Notes: generated by a model from the letters alone, not told the origin. A DNA stretch of 64,000 nt from Paracoccaceae bacterium (GCA_009924775.1 RFQY01000001.1:6157-70156); one strand, 5' to 3'; positions 9,688 through 24,315 are shown, counted from the first letter of the stretch. Made by a program: numbers and translations.

Positions 9688-10029
9688 ATGATCGAACGTT
9701 TTGAAACTGGCACCCGCATGAGCCAAGCCGTGAAATATAACGGCACGCTGTATCTGGCAGGCCAGGTGGGCGAGGGCGAAACCGTTGCTGCACAAACCGC
9801 AGATTGCCTTGCCAGCGTTGAACGCTTGCTGGCGGCCAATGGCAGCAGCAAAGAGCAGATTTTGTCCACCACCATCTGGATGGCGGATATGGCTGATTTT
9901 GCCGAAATGAACGCGGTATGGGATGCTTGGGTGCCGGCAGGCCACGCCCCGGCGCGCGCCACTGGCGAGGCCAAGCTGGCCGCGCCGAAATACCGTGTTG
10001 AAATCATCGTTGTGGCGGCTTGCGCATAA
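9688..10029 (+). CDS. ridA: RidA/YjgF family reactive-intermediate deaminase
   Basis: 113 aa; ..VKYNGTLYLAGQVG.. and C-terminal ..PKYRVEIIVVA are typical of YjgF/RidA. Confidence 0.85.
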   Translation: MIERFETGTRMSQAVKYNGTLYLAGQVGEGETVAAQTADCLASVERLLAANGSSKEQILSTTIWMADMADFAEMNAVWDAWVPAGHAPARATGEAKLAAPKYRVEIIVVAACA

Positions 10030-10055
10030 ATTGCCATCCCCCTGCACAGCCAATC

Positions 10056-10080
10056 AGGGCGGCGAAAGCCGCCCTTTTTC
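10056..10080. terminator. bidirectional terminator between convergent ridA and rluE
   Basis: AGGGCGGC-GAAA-GCCGCCCT followed by TTTTT; an A-rich run on the other side is lacking, so it is stronger on the plus strand. Confidence 0.65.
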
Positions 10081-10633
10081 ATAGGGTTATCAGGTGATGT
10101 TCGCCCGGCCTTAGCGCGCCCAATTCCCATGCGCCAATACTGGCGCGGATCAGGCGCAGCGTGGGGTGACCCACCGCTGCGGTCATGCGGCGCACCTGCC
10201 GGTTGCGCCCTTCGCGGATGGTCAGCGCGATCCAGCTGTCTGGCACAGATTTGCGCACCCGAATGGGGGGCGTGCGGGGCCACAGGCCCGCGGGCTCGTC
10301 GATCAGCGCCACCTCGGCAGGGCGGGTTGGGCCATCGTTTAACGCCACACCTTGGCGCAATTGTGCCAAAGAGGCCTGATCGGGAATGCCCTCGACCTGC
10401 GCCCAGTAGGTTTTGGCCATCTTATGGCGCGGGTCGGCGATGCGCGCCTGCAGGCGGCCATCATCGGTCAGCAGCAACAGCCCCTCGCTGTCGCGGTCCA
10501 GCCGGCCTGCGGGGTAGACACCTTTGATAGAAATGTAATCTGACAAAGTGCGCCGCGGCCCGCCCTCGGTGCCCCGATCGGTGAATTGCGACAGCGTGTC
10601 GAAGGGTTTGTTGAACAAAACAAGGCGTGCCAT
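10079..10633 (-). CDS. rluE: 23S rRNA pseudouridine synthase RluE (RsuA family, no S4 domain)
   Basis: Start re-set to [19 protein letters not shown]. Catalytic motif [14 protein letters not shown], and [11 protein letters not shown]; colinear with my recollection of E. coli RluE. Confidence 0.88.
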   Translation of the reverse strand: MARLVLFNKPFDTLSQFTDRGTEGGPRRTLSDYISIKGVYPAGRLDRDSEGLLLLTDDGRLQARIADPRHKMAKTYWAQVEGIPDQASLAQLRQGVALNDGPTRPAEVALIDEPAGLWPRTPPIRVRKSVPDSWIALTIREGRNRQVRRMTAAVGHPTLRLIRASIGAWELGALRPGEHHLITL

Positions 10634-10723
10634 GGCGCAGCCATAGACCCAAGCAGGGTGGCTTGCCAAGGGCCGTAAAACTGCGCCATTGACCCGGCCC
10701 ATTTTTCTGGCATTGCTGGCGCC

Positions 10724-11620
10724 ATGGAACGTAAGGATCATATTGACGCCATTGGCGTTGTCTCGCTGGTGGGGTTTGCCACGGTTTTGGCCTTTAATCA
10801 GGTTGTGATTAAAGTTGGCAATACGGGCTTTCAGCCGGTGTTCATGGCCGGTATCCGCTCGTTCGGGGCGCTGTTTGTGCTGCTGGCATGGATGCGCTTT
10901 CGCGGTATTTCCTTAGATTTTTCGCGCCGCTATCGGGCCTCGGGGCTGTTGCTGGGGGCGCTGTTTGGGTTTGAATTCGTGTGCCTTTTCTGGGCGCTTG
11001 ATCATACGACCGTGTCGCGCGCGTCGATCTTGTTTTACACCATGCCCATGATGTTGGCGGCGGTGGCGCATTTCGTGCTGCCCGCCGAGCGGCTGACGCT
11101 GCGCCGCGCGTTGGGCTTGGGAATGGCAATGTGCGGGGTGGCGTTGGTGCTGTCGCGCCGCCAAGTGGGCGAGGCCAGCGTGATGGGCGATATCGCGGCT
11201 TTGGCCGCAGCGGCAGGCTGGGCCGGTATCGCGCTGACGGTGCGGTTAACGCCTGTGTCCGAGCAAAAACCAGAAATGCAGCTGTTTTGGCAATTATCCG
11301 TCTCGACCATCATGTTGCTTTGCGCGGCGCCGTTTTTTGGCCCGTTCCTGCGCGCGCCCGAGTTGGTGCATTTCGCCGCTTTGGCCTATCAAATCGTGGT
11401 GGTGGCCAGCGCGGGCTATTTGTTTTGGTTTTTCCTGATGGCGCGGTATCCGGCCTCGGGTGTGGCCAGTTTCAGCTTTTTGTCGCCGGTCTTAAGCGTG
11501 TTTTTGGGCTGGATGGTTCTGGGCGAACAGGTGGGCTGGGCCACGGTGGTGGCGCTGGTGATGGTGGCCATTGGGCTGGTGTTGATCAATCGCCGCGCGC
11601 GGGCTGGCCGCGCAGCTTAG
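10724..11620 (+). CDS. DMT (EamA) family transporter
   Basis: 298 aa, about 10 hydrophobic helices, duplicated EamA-type architecture. Confidence 0.85.
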   Translation: MERKDHIDAIGVVSLVGFATVLAFNQVVIKVGNTGFQPVFMAGIRSFGALFVLLAWMRFRGISLDFSRRYRASGLLLGALFGFEFVCLFWALDHTTVSRASILFYTMPMMLAAVAHFVLPAERLTLRRALGLGMAMCGVALVLSRRQVGEASVMGDIAALAAAAGWAGIALTVRLTPVSEQKPEMQLFWQLSVSTIMLLCAAPFFGPFLRAPELVHFAALAYQIVVVASAGYLFWFFLMARYPASGVASFSFLSPVLSVFLGWMVLGEQVGWATVVALVMVAIGLVLINRRARAGRAA

Positions 11621-12771
11621 GCCGGGCTGCGCCCCTGCCATATCCACCCACCGCCCAAGATGCGCGTGCCGCCAGTTTCATAAAAAACGCAAGCCTGCCC
11701 TGGGCTTACCCCCTCTTCCGGGGTCAGCAATTCCACCTCGGCTTCGGTGGGGGAGAGCGGGCGCAAAATGGCCTCGCGCGGGGGGCGGGTAGAGCGCAAT
11801 TTGACCGAGACATGGCGTTCGGCCATATCGGCAAAGCCGCCGTCGCCCAGCCAGTTGATCTGGTTCACCGGCACGATGCGCGTGGCCAGCATCTCTTTTG
11901 GCCCCACCACAACGCGCCGGCCATCAACATCCAGCTTTACCACATAAAGCGGCTCGGCCAGCCCGCCAATGCCAAGGCCGCGGCGTTGGCCGATTGTGTA
12001 ATGGATCACCCCATTGTGTTGGCCCAAAACCCGGCCATCGGCATGCACAATTTCACCCGGCTCGGCCGCGCCGGGGCGCAGTTTTTCGATTACGCTGGCA
12101 TAATCGCCGTTGGGCACAAAGCAAATATCTTGGCTGTCGGGCTTATCGGCCACCGCCAGCCCATAGCGCGCGGCCAAGGCCCGGGTTTCCGCCTTCGAGG
12201 CCAGATGCCCCAAAGGAAAGCGCAAGAACGCCAGTTGTTCGGGCGTGGTGGAGAACAAAAAATAGCTTTGGTCGCGGGCGGCATCTGTGGCGCAGTGCAA
12301 TTCTGGGCCATGGGCGCCCATTTTGCGCTGGATATAATGGCCCGTCGCCATGCAATCGGCCTCTAGGTCGCGGGCGGTTTCCAGCAGGTCTTTGAATTTT
12401 ACCCGCTCGTTGCAGCGAATGCAGGGCACGGGCGTGGCACCGGCCAGATAACTGTCTGCGAATTCGTCAATCACGGCGTCTTTGAAGATGTTCTCGTAAT
12501 CCAGCACGTAATGGGGAAAGCCCATTTCCTCGGCCACGCGGCGGGCATCGTGAATGTCTAGCCCCGCGCAGCAGGCGCCTTTTTTGGCCAAGGCGGCACC
12601 GTGGTCGTACAGCTGCAGCGTGACGCCCACCACATCATAGCCCTCTTCGGCCAGTTGCGCCGCCACAACCGAGGAATCAACCCCCCCCGACATGGCCACC
12701 ACCACCCGCGTTTCCGAGGCGGGTTTGGCAAAGCCAAGCGAGTTCAACGGCGTATCACTGTCGAGGGCCAT
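11617..12771 (-). CDS. mnmA: tRNA 2-thiouridine(34) synthase MnmA
   Basis: PP-loop [13 protein letters not shown] and catalytic Cys region PCIRCN. Start re-set to MALDSD with AAGGAG 7 nt upstream. Confidence 0.95.
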   Translation of the reverse strand: MALDSDTPLNSLGFAKPASETRVVVAMSGGVDSSVVAAQLAEEGYDVVGVTLQLYDHGAALAKKGACCAGLDIHDARRVAEEMGFPHYVLDYENIFKDAVIDEFADSYLAGATPVPCIRCNERVKFKDLLETARDLEADCMATGHYIQRKMGAHGPELHCATDAARDQSYFLFSTTPEQLAFLRFPLGHLASKAETRALAARYGLAVADKPDSQDICFVPNGDYASVIEKLRPGAAEPGEIVHADGRVLGQHNGVIHYTIGQRRGLGIGGLAEPLYVVKLDVDGRRVVVGPKEMLATRIVPVNQINWLGDGGFADMAERHVSVKLRSTRPPREAILRPLSPTEAEVELLTPEEGVSPGQACVFYETGGTRILGGGWIWQGRSPA

Positions 12772-12899
12772 GGAAGGCTCCTTTGCAAAGGCGGAAGATG
12801 CGGCAGAATATAAGAAAATTGGAAATACTCTCAACCCCTGCCTTCATGGCCCGTTAAGCCCCAAGGCGCAAGGCTGCCTTATCAGAAAGGAGCTGCGCC

Positions 12900-13184
12900 A
12901 TGTTCTTGCGCAAACAAGATGGCCCGCGGGCCGTGACCATGCCCGATGGCAGCGTGATGACACGCGCCGATTTGCCCGCCATGGGCACAACCCGCTGGGT
13001 GGCCAGCCGCAAAGCCGCCGTTGTGCGCGGTGTGCTGGGGGGGTTGATCACCCGTGCCCAAGCGATCGAGTGGTATGGGCTAAGCGATGATGAATTCGAT
13101 GAATGGCTGGCCGCCATCGCCGTGGCGGGGCTGCAGGGGCTGAAAACAACCTATGTGAAAAAAATACAACCCAAAGGAGAGTAG
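12900..13184 (+). CDS. sciP: SciP (DUF1153) small CtrA-inhibitory transcription factor
   Basis: ..TRWVASRKAAVVRGVLGGLITRAQAIEWYGLSDDEFDEWL.. matches the DUF1153/SciP helix-turn-helix. AAAGGAG Shine-Dalgarno; directly upstream of ctrA, as in Rhodobacterales. Confidence 0.85.
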   Translation: MFLRKQDGPRAVTMPDGSVMTRADLPAMGTTRWVASRKAAVVRGVLGGLITRAQAIEWYGLSDDEFDEWLAAIAVAGLQGLKTTYVKKIQPKGE

Positions 13185-13201
13185 CGTAGGCTGGTTAGGA
13201 A

Positions 13202-13217
13202 TTAACTGCCGGGTAAC
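13202..13217 (+). promoter_or_regulatory. candidate CtrA box (TTAA-N7-GTAAC) in the ctrA promoter
   Basis: TTAACTGCCGGGTAAC, 49 nt upstream of the ctrA ATG. One mismatch from the TTAA-N7-TTAAC consensus. Confidence 0.45.
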
Positions 13218-13265
13218 CAATTTTGTTCACGTTATAGCCCAGCTGCCATAGAACGGAGACTGCTG

Positions 13266-18288
<5,023 letters not shown>

Positions 18289-18295
18289 CGCGTTT

Positions 18296-18330
18296 GTTCC
18301 GAAATGTTCTCAAATGTTCTTAAAAAGTTC
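18296..18330 (+). promoter_or_regulatory. phased GTTC repeat array including an exact alpha-type LexA box GTTC-N7-GTTC (18316-18330)
   Basis: GTTC at 18296, 18306, 18316 and 18327 (spacers 6, 6 and 7 nt). A TATGAG -10-like hexamer lies at 18349-18354. The array also reads TTAA-N7-TTTAC (18320-18335). Confidence 0.4.
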
Positions 18331-18396
18331 TTTACAGGCGCGGCGCAATATGAGAACAAAGTGGCAACAGATGGATATTTCGCAAGGGGCACCCAG

Positions 18397-18519
18397 ATGC
18401 TGACACAGATCATCACCGTTATTCGCCGTAGCAATGATACGCTTTTGGCCGATGCCTTTGGGGCGGCGGCGCTGATGGTTTTGCTGGTGGCCAGCTTGCA
18501 TTTGCCAACGATTGGCTGA
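18397..18519 (+). CDS. 40-aa single-TM small protein (hypothetical)
   Basis: AAGGGG 6 nt before the ATG. Product MLTQIITVIRRSNDTLLADAFGAAALMVLLVASLHLPTIG. Followed by hairpins and a terminator. The longer 71-aa version from 18304 has no Shine-Dalgarno sequence. Confidence 0.45.
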   Translation: MLTQIITVIRRSNDTLLADAFGAAALMVLLVASLHLPTIG

Positions 18520-18639
18520 ATTCCTGCCTGCGTTTTGCTGCGGTTTGCCTATGGGCCGCAGCCCTGCCCGCAAGGCCCCACCATCGCCTGAATCGTATGT
18601 GGGGCACGCCTGTGCGGGCGTTTGAAAACGCCAAAACTG

Positions 18640-18674
18640 CGCCGCCACCCATTGGGTTGGCGGCGTTTCTTTTG
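18640..18674. terminator. bidirectional terminator between the small ORF and the NifU-like gene
   Basis: CGCCGCCACCC-ATT-GGGTTGGCGGCG (one bulge) followed by TTTCTTTTG; preceded by CAAAA on the other strand. Confidence 0.65.
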
Positions 18675-18703
18675 TGCCGGTCTTTGCGTATATCTGCGGG
18701 GAT

Positions 18704-19150
18704 TTAGGCGCTTTGCAGGGCTTGTGCCATCGCCTCTGCTGTGGCCTCGACCGATAACAAGATCGAGGCGTGGCGATTTTTATACTCGCGCGCGGGGCGC
18801 AGCACCTCGAACCCGTCGAACGGGGCATCCGGGGTGGGGCCGTCGTTTTTCAGCATTTCGCGCAGCTGGTCGCGGGCGCGCTCGATCTGGGGCAGGCTGG
18901 CCCCCAAGGCCCCAGCCCCCACAATGGCGGCCGCCGCTTGCCCCAAGGCGCAGGCCTTCACATCTTGGCCAAATTCGGAAATCACCCCGTTTGCCAACGC
19001 CACATCGACCGTCACGGTGGATCCGCAAAGCGGCGATCTTTTGCGCGCACTGGCCTGTGGGGCCGCCAGCCGCTGATGATGGGGAATATCCGCCGCCAGC
19101 GCCAAAATGCGGCCGGAATAGAGCTTGATCAGATCGGTTTCGGCGCTCAT
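18704..19150 (-). CDS. NifU/IscU-like Fe-S cluster assembly scaffold protein
   Basis: Start re-set to MSAETDLIKLYSGRIL. Cysteine motifs SPLCGSTVT and VKACALG are typical of SufU/IscU-like N-domains. The upstream 153 codons of ORF 18704..19609 are antisense to hisI. Confidence 0.8.
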   Translation of the reverse strand: MSAETDLIKLYSGRILALAADIPHHQRLAAPQASARKRSPLCGSTVTVDVALANGVISEFGQDVKACALGQAAAAIVGAGALGASLPQIERARDQLREMLKNDGPTPDAPFDGFEVLRPAREYKNRHASILLSVEATAEAMAQALQSA

Positions 19151-19216
19151 GGCTTTTCCTTTTGTCTTTGCTTGCATAAATAGGGCCCCATGCGCCCGAT
19201 GCCAAAGGAAAAAACC

Positions 19217-19579
19217 ATGTCCTTCGATCCCCATAGCCTGAAATTCGATGCCAATGGGCTGATCCCGGCCATCGCCCAAGATTGCGATAGCGGCGAGGTG
19301 CTGATGATGGCGTGGATGAACGCCGAGGCGGTGGCCAAAACCCTGCAAAGCGGCCAAGTCACCTATTGGAGCCGCTCGCGGCAGGCGTTTTGGGCCAAGG
19401 GCGAAACCAGCGGGCACCGCCAAACGCTGGTATCGATGCGGCTGGATTGCGACCGCGATTGCCTGCTGATGCAGGTGCGCCAAATTGGGCCAGCCTGCCA
19501 CACCAACCGCCGCAGTTGCTTTTACACCGAAATTCAAGACGGTGCCGAGGTGATTACCGCCGCGCCAATCGCCGATTAG
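19217..19579 (+). CDS. hisI: phosphoribosyl-AMP cyclohydrolase
   Basis: ..GLIPAIAQD..GEVLMMAWMN.., SRSRQAFWAKGETSGH, ..DCDRDCLL..GPACHTNRRSCF. Confidence 0.93.
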   Translation: MSFDPHSLKFDANGLIPAIAQDCDSGEVLMMAWMNAEAVAKTLQSGQVTYWSRSRQAFWAKGETSGHRQTLVSMRLDCDRDCLLMQVRQIGPACHTNRRSCFYTEIQDGAEVITAAPIAD

Positions 19580-20439
19580 GGGCGGGGCTGCAGCCCAACC
19601 AGCGCGCAAATATCGGCTGGGGTCAGGCCCTCGTCGCGGTAGCGGGCGATGGCGCGGGCGTCGTCGCGTTTGGCCAGCCGTTTGCCCGCGTCATCGCGGA
19701 TAAGACGGTGATGGTGGTAAATAGGTTGGCTTAGGCCCAGCAGGTGTTGCAAGATCACATGCACAAAAGTGGCGTCAAATAAATCTTGCCCACGCGTGAC
19801 ATGGGTGATGGCTTGGGCCGCGTCATCGACCACCACAGACAGGTGGTACGAGGTGCCCATATCGCGCCGCGACAAAACAATGTCGCCTATATTTTCAATG
19901 GCTTGGTGGGTATTCATCATGTGCCATTCAGGGGCGCCGCTGCCGGTTTCGCAAAACTGCACCCCCTGCGGCAACAGCGCCATCGCGGCGCGCATATCCA
20001 GCCGAAGGGCGGCATCTGCGGGCCATGTTGCCGGGCGCGGGGCAGATCGGCATGTGCCGGGGTATATAGGCCCATCGGGGCCCATCTGTGGGGCGCCGTC
20101 GCCCTCTTGCGGGGCGGTTAGGGCGGCTTGAATATCGCGCCTTGTGCAGTGGCAGGGGTATACCAGCCCCCGTTGCCACAGATGGTCTAGCGCGGCTTGA
20201 TAGGCGCCCATATTCGACGATTGGCGCAAAACGGGATGCGGCCAATCTAGGCCAAGCCATTGTAAATCAGCATAAATCTGCGCCTCCCATTCGGGGCGTG
20301 CGCGGCTTTGGTCAATGTCTTCTATGCGCAGCAAAAACGTGCCAGCATTGGTTTTGGCCATGCGATAGGCGCAAAGCGCGGAAAACGCATGGCCCAGATG
20401 CAGCGGCCCCGTGGGCGAGGGCGCAAAGCGGGTGCGCAT
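19576..20439 (-). CDS. gluQ: tRNA glutamyl-Q(34) synthetase (GluQRS)
   Basis: MRTRFAPSPTGPLHLGHAFSAL.. (HIGH-type). A 287-aa truncated GluRS catalytic domain without an anticodon-binding domain. Confidence 0.88.
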   Translation of the reverse strand: MRTRFAPSPTGPLHLGHAFSALCAYRMAKTNAGTFLLRIEDIDQSRARPEWEAQIYADLQWLGLDWPHPVLRQSSNMGAYQAALDHLWQRGLVYPCHCTRRDIQAALTAPQEGDGAPQMGPDGPIYPGTCRSAPRPATWPADAALRLDMRAAMALLPQGVQFCETGSGAPEWHMMNTHQAIENIGDIVLSRRDMGTSYHLSVVVDDAAQAITHVTRGQDLFDATFVHVILQHLLGLSQPIYHHHRLIRDDAGKRLAKRDDARAIARYRDEGLTPADICALVGLQPRP

Positions 20440-20450
20440 CTGGGGTGGGC

Positions 20451-21797
20451 CTAGGCCGCTGTGCTGGCCAGCCATGCGGCCCATGCCTGTTTGGCGCGGT
20501 CTGTATAGGCTTTGTAACGGTCTTTGCGGCCCTTGCGCCCGCTGCGCAACCCGTCGAGCGGACGAAACAGGCCGAAATTCACGTTCATCGGCTGAAAGGT
20601 TTTTGCATCGGCCCCGCCCGTGATGTGATGCACCAAGGCGCCCATTGCGGTGTCTTGGGGCACATCGGGCAGGGGCGTTCCGGCCAATTCAGCCGCCGCC
20701 ATGCGGCCCGCCAGCAGGCCCATGGCGGCTGATTCCACATAGCCCTCGACGCCGGTGATTTGACCGGCAAAGCGGATATTGGGCCGCGATTTCAACCGCA
20801 TTTGGCTGTCAAGCAGCGTGGGCGAGTTGATGAACGTGTTGCGATGAATGCCGCCAAGGCGTGCAAAGCTGGCATTTTCAAGCCCAGGAATCATCTTAAA
20901 AACAGATGTTTGGGCGCCATATTTCATCTTGGTTTGAAAGCCCACAATGTTGTAAAGCGTGCCCAAGGCATTATCGCGCCGCAGCTGCACCACGGCATAG
21001 GGTTTATCGTCGGGGCGGTGGGCATTGGTCAGCCCTACGGGTTTCATCGGGCCATGGCGCAGCGTTTCGCGGCCCCGCTCGGCCATCACCTCGATGGGCA
21101 GGCAGCCATCGAAATATCCCGCGGTCTCGCCTTCGTGGAATTCGGTTTTCTCGGCGGCCAGCAGCGCATCGATAAAGGCGTTATATTGCGCCTTATCCAT
21201 GGGGCAATTCATATAGGCTTTACGCTCGTCCTCGGTTTCGCCCTTGTCATAGCGCGATTGCATCCATGCCACCGACATATCGATGCTTTCGGCGTAAACG
21301 ATGGGCGCGATGGCATCGAAAAAGGCCAATCTTTCGGCCCCGGTTTCGCGTGCAATTGCCTGGCCCAGGGCGCCCGACGTCAGCGGGCCGGTGGCGATAA
21401 TCCACTGCCCGTCTTGTGGCAATTCTGTTATTTCTTCGGTGCTTAAAGAAATGTTCTCATGTTCCAAAAGGCGCTTGGTGACCGCCTGCGAAAACGCTTC
21501 GCGATCCACGGCCAAGGCGCCGCCTGCGGGCAGGCGGTGCTGTTCGGCCATGGCCATGATCAGCCCCTTTGCGGCGCGCATTTCCCAATGCAGCAGCCCG
21601 ACGGCGTTTTGCTCGTCGTCATCCGAGCGAAACGAGTTCGAGCACACCATTTCCGCCAGATTGCCGGTTTGATGGGCAAAGGTTTCCACCTTGGGGCGCA
21701 TTTCGTGAATAACCACATGCGTTCCCATTTCTGCGGCCTGCCAAGCGGCCTCGGCGCCGGCCATGCCGCCACCCACGATATGAAGCGTTTTTTCCAT
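20451..21797 (-). CDS. trmFO: methylenetetrahydrofolate--tRNA-(uracil54-C5)-methyltransferase TrmFO
   Basis: FAD motif [14 protein letters not shown]; 448 aa, colinear with the TrmFO/Gid family. 11 nt upstream of gluQ. Confidence 0.93.
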   Translation of the reverse strand: MEKTLHIVGGGMAGAEAAWQAAEMGTHVVIHEMRPKVETFAHQTGNLAEMVCSNSFRSDDDEQNAVGLLHWEMRAAKGLIMAMAEQHRLPAGGALAVDREAFSQAVTKRLLEHENISLSTEEITELPQDGQWIIATGPLTSGALGQAIARETGAERLAFFDAIAPIVYAESIDMSVAWMQSRYDKGETEDERKAYMNCPMDKAQYNAFIDALLAAEKTEFHEGETAGYFDGCLPIEVMAERGRETLRHGPMKPVGLTNAHRPDDKPYAVVQLRRDNALGTLYNIVGFQTKMKYGAQTSVFKMIPGLENASFARLGGIHRNTFINSPTLLDSQMRLKSRPNIRFAGQITGVEGYVESAAMGLLAGRMAAAELAGTPLPDVPQDTAMGALVHHITGGADAKTFQPMNVNFGLFRPLDGLRSGRKGRKDRYKAYTDRAKQAWAAWLASTAA

Positions 21798-22063
21798 GTC
21801 TGGGATCTAGGCCAAAGCCCGGGTTTTGGAAAGCCCCCGCACCATCAGAAAATGGCGTTAAGCTGTGGGCGCTTGGGGCTGCCGGGGCGCGCGCACCAGT
21901 GAGAGGCTGGCGTGAAGGGACGTAAAGGCGCCGCGTGGCAGCCCCTTTGCAACCGGCGCGGCGCGCCGCCCATGGGGCTTTTGTGGCTATATCATGGCTA
22001 AATGTGGCAGAAAATGGGCCGCGTGGAAACTTTCTTGTGCCAAAGCTGCAACAATGGCCCGGC

Positions 22064-22852
22064 TTAGGGCTGCTGCCAATCTGGCGGGCGCTTTTCTATA
22101 AAGGCCTCCATCCCTTCGGCCGTGTCGCGATATAGCATGTTTTCCACCATCACCTGACCGGCATAGTCATAGGCGGCCTCGATGCTCATTTCGCTTTGGG
22201 CGTAAAAGGCCTCTTTGCCAATTTTCACCGCAGCGCCCAGTTTGCTGGCGACCAGCTGTGCCATATCGGTCGTTGTTTGGGCCAGATGATCGGCAGGCAC
22301 CGCATGGTTGATCAGCCCCAGCGATTGGGCCTTTTGCGCGGTGATGAATGTGCCGGTGGTCAGCATCTCAAAGGCGTGTTTTGCCGCAATATTGCGCGAC
22401 AGCGCCACCATGGGCGTAGAGCAAAACAAGCCAATATTCACCCCGTTCACGCCAAAGCGCGTATCGTCGGCGGCCACGGCCATGTCACAGCTGGCCACCA
22501 GTTGGCACCCGGCTGCGGTGGCAATGCCATGCACCTGGGCAATCACGGGCTGGGGCAGGCGGCGGATCGACAGCATCATGCGGGCGCAGCGCTGAAACAA
22601 ATCGTCGAAATATGCGCGCCCGCCGTCTTCGGCCTGCCGCCCGGCTTGCATTTCTTTCAGGTCGTGGCCGGCACAAAATGCCTTGCCCGCCCCCGAAATC
22701 ACCACCGCGCGAATGCTGCGATCTTCGGCCAACGCGTCAAACTGCCCCTGCAGGGCTGCCAGCATGGCATCTGAGAGCGCATTCAGCTTTTCGGGTGCGT
22801 TCATATGTAAATGGGCCACAGCGCCTGTGTCGTGACGTTCCAACAGTGCCAT
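22064..22852 (-). CDS. enoyl-CoA hydratase/isomerase family protein (paralogue of 4009..4782)
   Basis: VVISGAGKAFCAGHDLKE, VHGIATAAGCQLVASCDM. By eye it is clearly similar to the first crotonase gene. Confidence 0.88.
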   Translation of the reverse strand: MALLERHDTGAVAHLHMNAPEKLNALSDAMLAALQGQFDALAEDRSIRAVVISGAGKAFCAGHDLKEMQAGRQAEDGGRAYFDDLFQRCARMMLSIRRLPQPVIAQVHGIATAAGCQLVASCDMAVAADDTRFGVNGVNIGLFCSTPMVALSRNIAAKHAFEMLTTGTFITAQKAQSLGLINHAVPADHLAQTTTDMAQLVASKLGAAVKIGKEAFYAQSEMSIEAAYDYAGQVMVENMLYRDTAEGMEAFIEKRPPDWQQP

Positions 22853-22909
22853 CTTGTCCTCCGTTCCGTTTCAGTCCAACCCTAGGGGGACGACGGGAGG
22901 AAGGACAAG

Positions 22910-23341
22910 ATGCAACTGCGCATGACAATCGACGAGCTGGTCGAGTTTATCGACCGTGAGTTTCCGCAAGTGGCCGATCAATTTGCCATAGATCGCTTGG
23001 CCCCGATGGAGATTGAGCTGCGCTTAAAGGTCGATCAGCGCCATCTGCGCCCGGGCGGCACGGTGTCTGGCCCCTCGATGTTTACCTTGGCAGATTGCGC
23101 CATCTATTTGGCGATTTTGGGCATGATCGGCCCACGGGCGCTGGCGGTGACCACGAATGCCAGCTTTGATTTCATGCGCAAACCGGCGGCAAATACCGAT
23201 TTGGTGGCCAAAACCCGGCTGTTGAAATTGGGGCGCAGTTTGGCCGTGGGCGATGCGCTGCTGTATTCTGTGGGCCAAGAGGCGCCCGTGGCGCGCGCCA
23301 GCATGACCTATGCCATTCCCCCCGAAAAGGCCCCAGAATGA
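22910..23341 (+). CDS. PaaI-family hotdog thioesterase
   Basis: 143 aa; ..RPGGTVSGPSMFTLADCA.. is typical of the PaaI/YbgC 4HBT fold. GGGAGGAAGG Shine-Dalgarno. Confidence 0.8.
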   Translation: MQLRMTIDELVEFIDREFPQVADQFAIDRLAPMEIELRLKVDQRHLRPGGTVSGPSMFTLADCAIYLAILGMIGPRALAVTTNASFDFMRKPAANTDLVAKTRLLKLGRSLAVGDALLYSVGQEAPVARASMTYAIPPEKAPE

Positions 23342-24243
23342 GCGCGCGCCAGCAAGGCGGCACTGCCTTGAAGGCGGTGCTATTCTTGATGCTGGCGATT
23401 TTGTGCTTTGATGCAATGAGCGTTTTGGTGCGGCTGCTGCTGCCGCGCTATTCGGTTCAAGAACTGTCTGCCTATCGCAATGTGGTGGGGGTGCTGCCCA
23501 GCCTTGCGCTGATGATCTATACCCGCGAATTGCGCCTGCGTGGCACGGTTTTGCGCATCACGCGCTGGCGCTTGGCGCTGTTGCGGGGCGGGATTGTGGC
23601 GATGGCGCAGTTTTTGTTCTACTCTGGCATTGGGTATCTGGAATTGGCCACGGTTTCGGCCTTGGGCCAAACAAATGCGCTGTTTGTGGTGCTGTTGTCT
23701 GTGCTGCTGCTGGGCGAGCGCGTGGGGCCATGGCGCATTTTTGCGCTGTTTTTGGGGTTTGCCGGTGCCATCTGGATCATCCAGCCGGGCAGCGATGCAT
23801 TTAGCCTTTATGCGCTTTATCCGGTGGGGGCGGCGCTGTGCTATGCGGTGTCTATGGTCACGGTGCGGATGTTTGGCCCCGAGGTTTCAAACGGGCTGCT
23901 TTACCTTTATTCCAGCGTGGCCGCCGCCGCGGGGGCGTTTTTGTTTGCCGCCCTCACGACGCAATTCACCCCGATGGCCAGCTGGGCCGATATGGGGCTG
24001 ATTTTGACCATGTCGCTGGTGGGGGGCACGGGGGTGTTGTTCATTATGCTGGCCTATCGGATGGGGCCGCCCTCGTTGTTGGCGCCTTTCGGGTATTTTG
24101 GGATATTGACGGCCTTTGGCGTGGGGTGGCTGTTTTTTGGGGAAGCCCCCATAGACACGCTGTTCCCCGGCGTTTTCTTGATTGTTGGGGCGGGGGCGGT
24201 GATTATGAGGCGGGAAAACCGGCGCGCGGGGGCGAAAGCGTGA
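23338..24243 (+). CDS. DMT (EamA) family transporter
   Basis: 301 aa, 10 hydrophobic helices. The ATGA overlaps the thioesterase stop. Confidence 0.85.
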   Translation: MSARQQGGTALKAVLFLMLAILCFDAMSVLVRLLLPRYSVQELSAYRNVVGVLPSLALMIYTRELRLRGTVLRITRWRLALLRGGIVAMAQFLFYSGIGYLELATVSALGQTNALFVVLLSVLLLGERVGPWRIFALFLGFAGAIWIIQPGSDAFSLYALYPVGAALCYAVSMVTVRMFGPEVSNGLLYLYSSVAAAAGAFLFAALTTQFTPMASWADMGLILTMSLVGGTGVLFIMLAYRMGPPSLLAPFGYFGILTAFGVGWLFFGEAPIDTLFPGVFLIVGAGAVIMRRENRRAGAKA

Positions 24244-24315
24244 AAATAAATGGGGTATTATAATACCTATTTTTTAAGTCATTGTTTATGTTGAGTTTTT
24301 ACTGAAACACCTTGC

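Noticed and set aside
21798-22063. 266-bp spacer upstream of trmFO, and other large spacers (6059-6311, 48227-48662), checked for 6S RNA, SRP RNA, RNase P RNA and tmRNA.
   Set aside because: I did not see the conserved cores I know (GAGGAAAGUCCGG of RNase P, the SRP domain IV motif, a tmRNA tag ORF). No strong hairpin or terminator lies in 21798-22063. A covariance-model scan is needed to be sure.
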